NCBI GenBank assembly: GCA_022709525.1
Contig: JAKLIQ010000003.1
Span: 129,771-193,770 of the forward strand
Source of the DNA: Candidatus Omnitrophota bacterium
GTDB lineage: Bacteria; Omnitrophota; Omnitrophia; Omnitrophales; Aquincolibacteriaceae
Direction of reading: 5' to 3'
DNA length: 64,000 nt
Under the pieces are notes generated by a model. The model had not been told where the DNA came from, ran no database searches, and worked only from the letters and a program-made list of their open reading frames with translations. The position numbers were made by a program, and so were the translations under genes. Shown piece by piece: positions 19,766 through 29,405 of the stretch (position 1 is its first letter; the number at the start of each line of letters is the position of its first letter).

Positions 19766-20273
19766 CAATATTTATCTGATCGGAATGATGGGCTCCGGCA
19801 AGACCGTGACGGGGGAGATCCTCGCCGATCTTCTCGACCGTGATTTTGTGGACCTGGACGGCGAGATCCAGAAAAAAGAAAAGCGCACGATCCCCGAGAT
19901 CTTCGCCCAGTCGGGCGAACCGTATTTCCGCGATGTCGAGTCCTCCGTTTTAGATCAATTTTCAAAGAAAAAAGGGCAAGTGGTCGCAACAGGCGGCGGG
20001 ATCGTGCTCCGGGATGGGAACGTGCGTCGCATGAAAGAAACAGGCATCGTCGTGCTGCTGAAAGCATCGGCAGAATCCCTGTGGCAGCGAGTTCGCTACG
20101 CCAAAGACAGGCCGCTTCTTAACAAGCCTGACCCCTTCGGCGCGCTCAAGCAGATCCTGATCGACCGGGAAAGCTTTTATGACGACGCCTGTGATTTTTC
20201 TGTTTCCACCGACGGCAAGATCGCCGAAGATATCGCAGCCGAAGTGCAGGAGATCGTAAAATCCCGCTTATGA
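19752..20273 (+). CDS. aroK: Shikimate kinase
   Basis: Walker A IYLIGMMGSGKTVTG; GTG start chosen overlapping aroC stop (ORF track's 19659 start rejected). Confidence 0.75.
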   Translation: MPAPDNIYLIGMMGSGKTVTGEILADLLDRDFVDLDGEIQKKEKRTIPEIFAQSGEPYFRDVESSVLDQFSKKKGQVVATGGGIVLRDGNVRRMKETGIVVLLKASAESLWQRVRYAKDRPLLNKPDPFGALKQILIDRESFYDDACDFSVSTDGKIAEDIAAEVQEIVKSRL

Positions 20274-21367
20274 AAACGATCACCGTCAAAAGCTTAAAAG
20301 GCAGTTACAAGATCTGCGTGGGCCGCGGTCTTCTGGCCGGGGCCGGAGCCCGGCTCTCTGCCATGTTTCCCGCAGGTTCAAGGATCATGATCGTTTCTCA
20401 AAAAAATCTCGCGCCGTATCTGAAAACGATCAGCGCATCCCTTGCCAAAAAAGGTTTCAAAGTCCATGCGCACATGCTTCCCGACGGCGAGGTCGCCAAG
20501 TCCGGATCGGAACTTTTCCGGCTATGCCACGCTTTACTGGCCCAAGGATTTGAGCGCAAAGGCGGGATCGTTGCCGTCGGTGGCGGGGTCGTCAGCGATC
20601 TGGCGGGATTTGCCGCCTCTGTTTATTTGCGGGGGATCCGCTATGTGAACGTCGCCACGACACTGCTTGCTCAAGTTGACAGCGCGATCGGAGGAAAAAC
20701 CGCGATCGATCTTAAGGACGGAAAGAACCTCATGGGCTCCTTCTGGCCGCCGGCGCTTGTGATCTCGGATGCGGATGTCCTTCGTTCTCTGCCGCAGCGT
20801 GAGCTCAGCGCTTCTTTAGGCGAGGTCGTCAAATACGGCGTGATCAGCGATCCGGCCCTTTTCCGTTTTCTTGAAAAAAACAACAAGAAGATCCTTCGCC
20901 GGGATGCCGCAACAATTGAAAAGATCGTGTTCGCCTGCTCCCAGATCAAGGCGGCGGTCGTCAGCCGCGATGAGTTCGAGACGAAAGGGGAACGCGCGAT
21001 CCTCAATTACGGGCACACCTTCGCCCACGGGATCGAAGGCGCGTCCGGTTACAAAGGTCTTGTGCATGGCGAGGCGGTCGCGATCGGGATGATGATGGCG
21101 GCGCAGCTTGCCGCGGACCTCGGGATTTGTTCCCCGGAGCTTCCCTGGCGGCAGATGAAACTGCTTGTCGCCATGAAATTGCCTGTTTCCGTCAAAAAAT
21201 TCAATTTAAAAGCCGACGCGATCCTCAAGGCCATGATGAAGGATAAGAAAAAAGACCAAGGCGCGCTGCGCTTTGTCCTTCCGCGCCGCATCGGAAAAGT
21301 CACCCTCGAAAAGAATATCCCTCTCCCGAGGGTCCGCAAGATCCTCTGTCTCGCCGGCGCTAAATAA
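20270..21367 (+). CDS. aroB: 3-dehydroquinate synthase
   Basis: GGGVVSDLAGFAASVYLRGIRYVNVATTLLAQVDSAIGGKT. Confidence 0.85.
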   Translation: MKTITVKSLKGSYKICVGRGLLAGAGARLSAMFPAGSRIMIVSQKNLAPYLKTISASLAKKGFKVHAHMLPDGEVAKSGSELFRLCHALLAQGFERKGGIVAVGGGVVSDLAGFAASVYLRGIRYVNVATTLLAQVDSAIGGKTAIDLKDGKNLMGSFWPPALVISDADVLRSLPQRELSASLGEVVKYGVISDPALFRFLEKNNKKILRRDAATIEKIVFACSQIKAAVVSRDEFETKGERAILNYGHTFAHGIEGASGYKGLVHGEAVAIGMMMAAQLAADLGICSPELPWRQMKLLVAMKLPVSVKKFNLKADAILKAMMKDKKKDQGALRFVLPRRIGKVTLEKNIPLPRVRKILCLAGAK

Positions 21368-21397
21368 TTCCGATCCAATCGCTATTTCTTCCCCCAA

Positions 21398-21470
21398 GGG
21401 CTTTTTATAAGATTTATTCATTAAATTAAAATAAATATTGATTTTTAATGAAAAATCAACTAACGTAGAT
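21398..21470. promoter_or_regulatory. AT-rich nested palindrome (TTGATTTTTAATGAAAAATCAA) upstream of dprA
   Basis: 22-bp perfect palindrome with overlapping TTCATTAA…TTAATGAA arms inside ~70 bp of <20% GC. Confidence 0.3.
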
Positions 21471-21472
21471 TT

Positions 21473-22615
21473 ATGGAACAAGACCGCAAAGAAGAAGTCC
21501 AGATATTTTTAACTCTGAGTCAGTTTCCCGCTGAAAAGCGGCGTTCGGTCACATCACTTCTGGCGGAGGGTAAAACCGCCTTGGAAGCGATGGGCCAAAC
21601 GGATCCCAAAGAGCTGTTTGAAAGATCCTCATGCCCGGAAGGGCAAGCATTTTTTGATCCGGAACGGGAGATCGATCAGTGCCTTCAGAAAGGCATCGAT
21701 TTTTTGGTTTTTACGGACCCCGCATATCCTCGCGCGCTTAAAGAGATCGCCGATCCGCCGCTCATTCTCTATAAAAAAGGGAATTTTTCTGAGGATGACA
21801 GGAACGCGATCGCCGTTGTAGGGACCCGCCATCCGAGCTTTTACGGGCGGACACAAGCGAAACGGTTCAGCCAGGAGTTGGCGTCCAAAGGGTTGACGAT
21901 CGTGTCCGGATTGGCACGGGGGATCGACCGGATCGCGCACGAAGCCGCGCTCGGTGTTTCTTATGGGCGGACGATCGCGGTCATGGGATGCGGGCTTGAT
22001 ATTATTTACCCCAAAGAACATGAAGAGCTTTTCCGGATTATTGCCGGGCGCGGGGTCGTTTTAAGCGAATATCCTTTGGGCACACCTCCGCTTCCGGAAA
22101 ATTTTCCGAAACGGAACCGGATCCTTTCCGGACTTTCTTATGCGACGCTGGTGATCGAAGCGCATTCAAGGAGCGGTTCATTGATCACAGCCCACCAGGC
22201 CGTCGAGCAGGGAAGAGAGGTTTTTGCCGTTCCCGGGCCTGTCGACCAATTGACCTCTCACGGGACGCACCGGCTTATCCGCGAAGGCGCTGTTTTAGTG
22301 GAGACGCCCGGCGATATCCTGCTTGCTTTGGCGGACCGTCTTCAATGGGAAAACCCGTTTCAGATCCCGTTAGCCGCTGGTCAACCGACCGCTCCAGCGG
22401 AAAAAGAGGAAACCTCTTTACTTGATCCGCCTGATCTTCAGGAGGAGCATGAAACCATCCAAGAGATCCTCCAAGAAGAAGGCCCCCTCGGCCAGGATGA
22501 GATCCTCGAATTCAGCGGTCTTGACCCTGCAAAACTACCCGTATTTCTTCTACGGCTTGAGATCGCAAGAAAAATAAGGCGGCAAAAAGACGGAAAATAC
22601 GCTTTATCCTCTTAA
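21473..22615 (+). CDS. dprA: DNA-processing protein DprA (Smf)
   Basis: GTRHPSFYG…GLARGIDRIAHEAAL Rossmann-like DprA core + C-terminal WH-like tail. Confidence 0.8.
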   Translation: MEQDRKEEVQIFLTLSQFPAEKRRSVTSLLAEGKTALEAMGQTDPKELFERSSCPEGQAFFDPEREIDQCLQKGIDFLVFTDPAYPRALKEIADPPLILYKKGNFSEDDRNAIAVVGTRHPSFYGRTQAKRFSQELASKGLTIVSGLARGIDRIAHEAALGVSYGRTIAVMGCGLDIIYPKEHEELFRIIAGRGVVLSEYPLGTPPLPENFPKRNRILSGLSYATLVIEAHSRSGSLITAHQAVEQGREVFAVPGPVDQLTSHGTHRLIREGAVLVETPGDILLALADRLQWENPFQIPLAAGQPTAPAEKEETSLLDPPDLQEEHETIQEILQEEGPLGQDEILEFSGLDPAKLPVFLLRLEIARKIRRQKDGKYALSS

Positions 22616-22713
22616 GCTTCCTCGCCGGAAGGCCGTTAAAAGTAGGGCAGTTCCTTTTTGTCCCGTCGGATAAAAAGTTTTGACAGACAGGTCTTTCCTC
22701 TATAGAGTTTTAT

Positions 22714-23157
22714 ATGAAAACCATGTCTTTTTGGCAGGATAAGTTCTTTCAACGAAAGGAGTCAAAGATGGACGGATTGGTTCCAGCAAGCAAAGGAAAA
22801 AGGTTCGCAGCGGGGCTTATCGATCTTGTCATTATTCCCATCGTTCTCGGGATCGTGATCGGTCTGGTCCTTTTGGCGGCCCCGGACGTGGTACGTAGCG
22901 TCGTGCTCGTTCTTGTCAATATCATCTGGTTGGTGTTCCGTGACGCGGTCTATTCTCCCGGCCGGGCGATGATCAAAGTAAAGATCGTTAGCCTGACAGG
23001 CGAGAAAGTGACGCCGCTCCAAGCATTGATCCGGAACGTTCTTTTGATCATTCCGTTCGTGCTCGTGGTCGGTTATATCGTCGAGATCGTGATGCTGCTT
23101 GTGAAAGGGCATCGTCTCGCGGACACTTGGGCGAAAACCCAGGTCGTTGAAGCTTAA
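22714..23157 (+). CDS. RDD-family small membrane protein
   Basis: AGLIDLVIIPIVLG…RDAVYSPGRAMIKVKIV pattern of RDD domain; alternative start ATG 22768. Confidence 0.55.
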   Translation: MKTMSFWQDKFFQRKESKMDGLVPASKGKRFAAGLIDLVIIPIVLGIVIGLVLLAAPDVVRSVVLVLVNIIWLVFRDAVYSPGRAMIKVKIVSLTGEKVTPLQALIRNVLLIIPFVLVVGYIVEIVMLLVKGHRLADTWAKTQVVEA

Positions 23158-23170
23158 ATTTTTTTCAAGA

Positions 23171-23210
23171 AAAGGGACAGGCCTTTCAAAGCGCCTGTCC
23201 CTTTTTTATT
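23171..23210 (+). terminator. Rho-independent terminator (AAAGGGACAGGC-loop-GCCTGTCCCTTT + T-run)
   Basis: 12-bp perfect stem 23171-23182/23193-23204 followed by tttttatt. Confidence 0.65.
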
Positions 23211-23223
23211 GGCGGGTAAGATT

Positions 23224-24429
23224 ATGAACAACAGCCCTTCGATCGTGAGCATGATCCGGTTCTCCTGGGCCAAAACCCTGGAGATCCTTTCCCCGTTCCA
23301 TTTCAAGCGTTGGTTCAAGATCCTGATCATCGTTTCTTTTGCCGGCGCCGGCATCCCGAGTTTTGTTGTGAATTTTAACTTGCCCAATCAATCCGCCTTT
23401 GTGGCTTTTACCCCTCGGAAAATAAAAGCGCCCAAGTTTTCTCCCGTCATAAGACCGCCCACGGTCGAGGAGCTCTCTGTGGCAAGGGCTTCCTCGTCTT
23501 CCGGTGCCTCTGTATGCTGTGCTGATCAAGTTGCCGCACAGCCAAACAGGGGGTTCAAACCGCCTTCCCCAAATCCGGATGCGGAACAAATCAAACGGCT
23601 TCGCTCCCAAGCGCCTTTGTCCAAGCGCAAAGCGTCCCCTATAGGCGTTGCATTTTTTATCGCCGGAATGATCGCGCTTGGATTCGGGTCTTTAGCGCTT
23701 TTGGTATTTTTCTTATGGCTCGCGAGCCGGCTCAACTTTGTGCTCCTGAATACGCTGGTCACCAAGGACCCTTTGATCCAAGGACCTTTTAAACAAAACA
23801 AAGAAATAGGGGATTCCTATTTTCGTTGGTCGCTGGCATTTTTCGGGATCGCCGGAGCCGTTCTTATGATCCTCGCCATGATCGGGGTCGTTCTTTTGAT
23901 GATCGCCAAGAAAAATGCCTGGCTGAGCGTCCTTTTCGGGATCTTTACGGTGCCGGTTTCCGCCGCGATCATTTTGGCGGTTGTTGCGATCGGGACTTTG
24001 ATGCATGATCTGGTAGTGCCCATTATGTACCGGGAGAAAATATCAGCCATGAAAGCGATCAAAAGTTTTCTTGCGTCCGATGCTTTCAGTTTTCCAAGGA
24101 TGATCCAATACCTTCTTCTTATTTTCGGATTTTGGGTCCTTGCGACCGTGATTCAGATGATCATCGCCGTTTTCGTGGGACTTGGGGGTCTTATCGCAGG
24201 AGGCGTCGTGACAATTCCCGGGCTTGTTCTCATGAAGGCGCTTCCTTTCCTTAAAATCCCGATCCTTATTTTAGGCGTTTTTGCGGCGATTTGTTTGATC
24301 CTCGCCGTGGTTATGGTGATCGGCATGGTCATGCTTCCCGCCGTGATCTTTTTCCGGGTTTTTGCTTTGGCCTATTTGGCCAAGATCCGTCCGGATTGTG
24401 ATCTTCTGGGTTTCAGCGGGCAGCGTTAA
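23224..24429 (+). CDS. Polytopic membrane protein of unknown function
   Basis: ~8 predicted TM helices after an S/P-rich linker; no recognisable motifs. Confidence 0.5.
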   Translation: MNNSPSIVSMIRFSWAKTLEILSPFHFKRWFKILIIVSFAGAGIPSFVVNFNLPNQSAFVAFTPRKIKAPKFSPVIRPPTVEELSVARASSSSGASVCCADQVAAQPNRGFKPPSPNPDAEQIKRLRSQAPLSKRKASPIGVAFFIAGMIALGFGSLALLVFFLWLASRLNFVLLNTLVTKDPLIQGPFKQNKEIGDSYFRWSLAFFGIAGAVLMILAMIGVVLLMIAKKNAWLSVLFGIFTVPVSAAIILAVVAIGTLMHDLVVPIMYREKISAMKAIKSFLASDAFSFPRMIQYLLLIFGFWVLATVIQMIIAVFVGLGGLIAGGVVTIPGLVLMKALPFLKIPILILGVFAAICLILAVVMVIGMVMLPAVIFFRVFALAYLAKIRPDCDLLGFSGQR

Positions 24430-24495
24430 ACCATTCGCCCTCTCCCACAAACTTTTCTTTTGTGTGTTAGACTTTCTTTAGCGAGACAAAACACT

Positions 24496-24891
24496 ATGGC
24501 CAAGCGGAAAAAGTCCAGAAAATCCGGTCATGCGCGCGCGGGAAAAGGGAGCTCGCTTCAAGAGATTCTTTCTCTTTCGGCAAAGCTTGCCGACCTTCAA
24601 AAAGATATGGTGAAGGCCACCGGACTCGGAGAGGCCGCCGAGGAACGCCTGGCCGATCTCGAGATCCATGTCAATCTCCTTGCTCGCCTTTTAACGACCC
24701 TTTGCATCGAGAAGCTCGGTATTCGTGTGGGCGCCCTTAAGCGTTTGGTCCGCCGGATCGAGAAAGAAGCGGTGCGCGATTCTCAGATCATGGAACTCGA
24801 GTCCCTCTACAAGCTTTCCGAAGGCAACGCCAAGAAGGCGCCTTCGCCCCATGTGAAGCCCAAAGGCGATCCTTGGGATCAGATTTCGTAA
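24496..24891 (+). CDS. Hypothetical basic/coiled-coil protein
   Basis: MAKRKKSRKSGHARAGKG… then heptad-like region; no homology recognised. Confidence 0.4.
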   Translation: MAKRKKSRKSGHARAGKGSSLQEILSLSAKLADLQKDMVKATGLGEAAEERLADLEIHVNLLARLLTTLCIEKLGIRVGALKRLVRRIEKEAVRDSQIMELESLYKLSEGNAKKAPSPHVKPKGDPWDQIS

Positions 24892-25017
24892 CCTGCTTCT
24901 GATCAAAGGGTTACAAGCGTCCGATAAACTTGCCGTTTACAATCCTCCTCATTTTGATTACAATTTCCCCTCATTTTATCCAGACGTATTCTCTCGAGAA
25001 TCTTTTAAGGGGGCATT

Positions 25018-27117
25018 GTGGTTAAAGCGAAAAAGGAAATAAAAGCCTCAAAATCCGAAAAAGGCGCCAAGCATCTTGTGATCGTTGAATCGCCTGCCAA
25101 AGCCAAGACCATCAATAAGTTCCTGGGGCGGGACTTCCAGGTCGTAGCTTCGATGGGCCATGTCCGCGACCTCCCTAAAAGCCGGATGGGAGTGGACCTC
25201 GAACATGATTTCGCTCCCGAATACATCATTATCCGAAAGGCCACGAAGACGGTTAAACAGCTCAAAAAAGACGCCGAAGGGAAAGAGACGATCTATGTCG
25301 CTCCCGACCCCGACCGCGAAGGCGAAGCCATCAGCTGGCACCTTTCTCATATTTTTTCCGAAGAAGGGCACGGCCCCAAGATCCTCCGCGTCGAATTTAA
25401 TGAAATTACCAAGGAAGCCGTTCGCAAAGCCTTTGACCATCCTCGCAAGATCGACATGAATCTTGTGGACGCTCAACAGGCGCGCCGGGTCCTGGACCGC
25501 GTGGTCGGTTATCAACTAAGCCCTTTACTTTGGCGGAATGTCGGCCGAGGCCTTAGCGCGGGGCGTGTCCAATCAGTGGCTTTGCGTTTTATCGTGGACC
25601 GCGAACGTGAAATACGGAAGTTCGTGCCGCAGGAATACTGGACCCTCGATGCCAAGCTTTCCGCCGCCGAAGGCCCTGAAGAGGCAAAAATTTTCCTTTC
25701 CCGCCTTGTCCAGATCGAACAACTCAAGCCGGAGCTGAAAAATCAATCTGAAATCGATCAACTTAAAGAAGAGCTTCAACATCTTCCTTTTCAGGTAGCC
25801 AATATTGAAAAGACGGAAAAACGTCGCAAACCCCAAGCCCCGTACACCACCAGCAAACTTCAGCAGGAAGCCTACAGCCGTCTCGGATTTTCAGCGGCCA
25901 ACACGATGCGGATCGCCCAGAAACTTTATGAAGGCGTGGAACTTGGCGATGAAGGAAGCGTCGGCCTTATTACCTACATGCGAACGGACTCCGTCAACGT
26001 CGCCGTTTCCGCCCAGGAAGAAGCAGTCCGCTACATTCGCGAACAATTCGGTAAAGATTATCTTCCGGAAGAGCCGCCCGTTTATAAATCCCGCAAAGGC
26101 GCCCAAGAGGCGCATGAAGCGATCCGCCCGACCTCGGCTTTCCGCACGCCAGATTCTGTCAAAAGTTTTCTCGAGGACGAAGCGTTAAAACTTTACGAAC
26201 TGATCTGGCGGAAATTCCTGGCCTCCCAGATGGTGCCCGCGGTGGATGAGCACACGGCCATTTCGATCCTGGCGGGGAAGAAATACGGGTTCCGGACCAC
26301 CGGCAAGAAAAATCTTTTTCCGGGGTTTACGGCCGCGTTCGGGGAGATCAAGACCGAAAAAGAGAATTCCAAGGCAACCGAAGAAGAGGAAGTTCCCGAG
26401 GTTCCGGAATTACCCGATCTCAAGGCCGGGGAGATGCTCAAGCTTCACGAGCTTTTGGGAGAGCAGCATTTTACGAAACCGCCGGCCCGTTTTAACGACG
26501 CCAGCTTGATCAAAATTCTCGAAGAAAAAGGGATCGGCCGGCCGAGCACCTATGCGCCCACGATCTCAACGATCCTGGGCCGGATGTATGCCGAACGTAA
26601 GGGCGGCGCGCTCATTCCGACGGAGCTTGGCGAAACCGTTGTCGACATCTTGGTTGAGCATTTTCCGAAGATCCTCGATACCGAATTTACCGCACTCATG
26701 GAAGAGGAGCTCGACGAGATCGAAGACGGGAAGATGGGATGGGTCAAAGTGCTTAAGGATTTTTACGGGCCTTTCAGCGAGCTTCTCAAGCGCGCCCAGA
26801 CGGAAATGAAAAACGTCAAACCCTCACCCGTTCCCACAGAATACAAATGTGACGTTTGCGGCAAGCAGCTGATGATCAAATTCGGCCGTTTCGGGAAATT
26901 CCTGGCCTGTTCGGGATTTCCGGAATGCAAATACACACGTTCGATCCCGACAGGATTTTATTGCCCCGAGCCGGGTTGCGGCGGCGAGCTGGTGAAGCGC
27001 CGCGCTAAAGGCCGCCGGGCTTTTTACGGATGTTCCAATTATCCCAAATGCACGTATGTGGTCAACGATCTCCCCAAAAAAGAAGACGCCGCGGAGGCTT
27101 CATCCGAAGCGCCATGA
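25018..27117 (+). CDS. topA: DNA topoisomerase I
   Basis: Toprim VIVESPAKAKTI, active-site region GLITYMRTDS, C-terminal Zn-ribbons CDVCGKQL…C…C. Confidence 0.9.
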   Translation: MVKAKKEIKASKSEKGAKHLVIVESPAKAKTINKFLGRDFQVVASMGHVRDLPKSRMGVDLEHDFAPEYIIIRKATKTVKQLKKDAEGKETIYVAPDPDREGEAISWHLSHIFSEEGHGPKILRVEFNEITKEAVRKAFDHPRKIDMNLVDAQQARRVLDRVVGYQLSPLLWRNVGRGLSAGRVQSVALRFIVDREREIRKFVPQEYWTLDAKLSAAEGPEEAKIFLSRLVQIEQLKPELKNQSEIDQLKEELQHLPFQVANIEKTEKRRKPQAPYTTSKLQQEAYSRLGFSAANTMRIAQKLYEGVELGDEGSVGLITYMRTDSVNVAVSAQEEAVRYIREQFGKDYLPEEPPVYKSRKGAQEAHEAIRPTSAFRTPDSVKSFLEDEALKLYELIWRKFLASQMVPAVDEHTAISILAGKKYGFRTTGKKNLFPGFTAAFGEIKTEKENSKATEEEEVPEVPELPDLKAGEMLKLHELLGEQHFTKPPARFNDASLIKILEEKGIGRPSTYAPTISTILGRMYAERKGGALIPTELGETVVDILVEHFPKILDTEFTALMEEELDEIEDGKMGWVKVLKDFYGPFSELLKRAQTEMKNVKPSPVPTEYKCDVCGKQLMIKFGRFGKFLACSGFPECKYTRSIPTGFYCPEPGCGGELVKRRAKGRRAFYGCSNYPKCTYVVNDLPKKEDAAEASSEAP

Positions 27118-27998
27118 AGACCGACAAGCGGGTTGAAGAATTCCTGGGTTTTCTTGCGACGGAAAAAGGCGCTTCCGAACATACGACCAAAAACTACGGG
27201 ATCGATCTTCGTGAATTTATCAAATTCCTTGAAGAAAAAGACCTGAAAGATCTTTCCTATCTTGATATCCGTTCTTTTCTGGCGTTCCTGAAAACGCGCA
27301 ATTACAGCAAAAGCTCCATTTCCAGAAAACTCGCCTGCCTTCGCTCGTTTTTTAAATATCTGGTACGCGAGAATATTTTGGCCCAAAACCCTGCCGCGGG
27401 GATCGCGACCCCTAAAAAGGAAAAACGCCTCCCGTCCTTCCTTAATCCCGAAGAAGTTTCCAAGCTTCTCGAATCGCCCGCCAAAAACAATTGGGAGGAA
27501 AAGCGCGATAAGGCGATCCTCGAAATGCTTTACAGTTCCGGCCTTCGCGTGAGCGAACTTGTCGGGCTGAATCACGATGATCTGGATTTTTTCGGGGGGC
27601 TGGTGCGCGTGCGCGGCAAAGGCAAAAAAGAGCGCATTGTTCCCGTGGGACAGGTCGCGCTTAAAGGGCTGCGGGCTTACCTGGACATCAAACCGCCCAA
27701 AGAGGCCGCGAACGCGATCAAGAAGCCGCTTTTTATCAGCCGGATCGGAAGCCGTCTGACGGACCGGAGCGTCCGGCGCATGATCCTAAAATATGTCAAA
27801 CGAACGGGGCTCGGAAAAGAGATCTCGCCCCACACGTTCCGCCACTCGTTCGCGACGCATATGCTTGACCGGGGAGCGGACCTCCGAAGCGTTCAGGAGC
27901 TTTTAGGGCACGCGAACCTTTCCACCACGCAGATCTACACGCATGTGACGACCCAGCGTCTTAAGGACGCTTATGTCGCCGCCCATCCGAGAGCTTGA
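27114..27998 (+). CDS. Tyrosine recombinase XerC/XerD family
   Basis: RHSFATHMLDRGADLRSVQELLGHANLSTTQIYTHV; ATG overlaps topA stop (ATGA). Confidence 0.8.
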   Translation: MKTDKRVEEFLGFLATEKGASEHTTKNYGIDLREFIKFLEEKDLKDLSYLDIRSFLAFLKTRNYSKSSISRKLACLRSFFKYLVRENILAQNPAAGIATPKKEKRLPSFLNPEEVSKLLESPAKNNWEEKRDKAILEMLYSSGLRVSELVGLNHDDLDFFGGLVRVRGKGKKERIVPVGQVALKGLRAYLDIKPPKEAANAIKKPLFISRIGSRLTDRSVRRMILKYVKRTGLGKEISPHTFRHSFATHMLDRGADLRSVQELLGHANLSTTQIYTHVTTQRLKDAYVAAHPRA

Positions 27999-28004
27999 AG
28001 AGCA

Positions 28005-29324
28005 ATGATGTTTTTACGGACTTTTTTATACAATCTGGCATTTGCGATCTTCGGGATTTTTTATCTGCCTGTTTTTTTGATAAAACTTCGGCAGGCGGAG
28101 GATCCGGGGATCCTTTGGCGGGAACGCCGCGGGATCTTTCCGGCAACATGGAAGGAAAAATTCGCCTCCCGGAAAACCGTTTGGCTTCATGCCGTAAGCG
28201 TCGGGGAAGTGATGGCGGTGGGAAAATTCATTCAAGAATGGCTTGCCGCAACGCCGCAATATGATCTTTTGCTGACCACCGTGACCCCGACCGGGCAAAG
28301 GATCGCGAAAAAATTGGAAGGGGAACGCGTCCATGTCTGTTATTTTCCGTTCGACCTGACGCCGGTCGTAAAACGCTTCCTTGATCTTTTTAAACCGGCC
28401 TGCTTGCTGCTTGTCGAGACCGAGATCTGGCCCAATCTTTTGACCGAAGCCGGCCGCAGGAACATCCCTGTCGGCATGGTCAATGCGCGGCTTTCCGAAC
28501 GTTCTTTTAAGCGTTATAAAGCGTTTTCCTGGTTTTTCAAGCCGCTTTGGGAGGCGATTGATTTTGTGCTCGCGCAATCTGAAGAAGACACCGCCCGTTT
28601 TCGGGGGCTTGGGATCGCGGCGGAATCGGTGCGGGACATGGGGAATATGAAATTTGATGGGGTGGAATGGTCCGGAGCCCAAGACATCGAAGGATTGCGA
28701 CAGGCCTGGGGGTACGCGCCCGAAGATCTTGTCTGGATCGCGGGGAGCACGCATCCTGGAGAGGAAGCAACGCTTTTAAAAGCTTTCGCGGAATTGCGGA
28801 AAAAATTTCCAAAACTGAAACTTATCCTCGCGCCCCGCCACATCGAGCGTTCGGAAGAATTATTGAACAAATTCCGTAGCAATGATCTTGAAATGGTTTT
28901 GGCCACAAGGAAAAAAGAAGGTCCGGCGCCCGCCGTGCAGGTCCTGGACCAGTTGGGTGTTCTCAAAAATTTGTACGGGATCGCGGATCTTGTGTTCATG
29001 GGAGGCAGCCTGGTTCCTCACGGGGGCCAGAACCCCATCGAACCCGCGCGTTTCAGCAAGACGGTCCTTCACGGGCCGCATGTGTTCAATTTTCAAAAGA
29101 TCTACCACCAGCTCGATCATGACGGCTGCGCTTTCAGGATCTCGGCTCCGGACGAATTGTCGTCCGCGGCGGCGGAGTTTCTTGGCGACGAAAGCAAACG
29201 CCGGGAGATGGGGCAAAAGGCTTTTCAGATTATCAACCGTTTACGGGGCGCCAGCAAACGTCAGGCGGGGTGGGTCCTGACCTTTTTGAGCCATCAGCGT
29301 CCCCCAGCACCTGATTTTCGTTGA
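28005..29324 (+). CDS. waaA: 3-deoxy-D-manno-octulosonic acid (Kdo) transferase
   Basis: WLHAVSVGEVMAVGKFI, N-terminal membrane anchor. Confidence 0.85.
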   Translation: MMFLRTFLYNLAFAIFGIFYLPVFLIKLRQAEDPGILWRERRGIFPATWKEKFASRKTVWLHAVSVGEVMAVGKFIQEWLAATPQYDLLLTTVTPTGQRIAKKLEGERVHVCYFPFDLTPVVKRFLDLFKPACLLLVETEIWPNLLTEAGRRNIPVGMVNARLSERSFKRYKAFSWFFKPLWEAIDFVLAQSEEDTARFRGLGIAAESVRDMGNMKFDGVEWSGAQDIEGLRQAWGYAPEDLVWIAGSTHPGEEATLLKAFAELRKKFPKLKLILAPRHIERSEELLNKFRSNDLEMVLATRKKEGPAPAVQVLDQLGVLKNLYGIADLVFMGGSLVPHGGQNPIEPARFSKTVLHGPHVFNFQKIYHQLDHDGCAFRISAPDELSSAAAEFLGDESKRREMGQKAFQIINRLRGASKRQAGWVLTFLSHQRPPAPDFR

Positions 29325-29405
29325 TTAAAATGAGAGGAAATCACCGCGGTCCCGATTTCCAATCAAAAAATCTACGGACAATCGGGACAGAAAGGATTTC
29401 AGGCG

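Noticed and set aside
24940-25010. Direct repeat cctcatttt x2 and palindrome ATTCTCTCGAGAAT upstream of topA as a regulatory site
   Set aside because: The repeats are short and imperfect, and this is within the range expected by chance in 125 bp.
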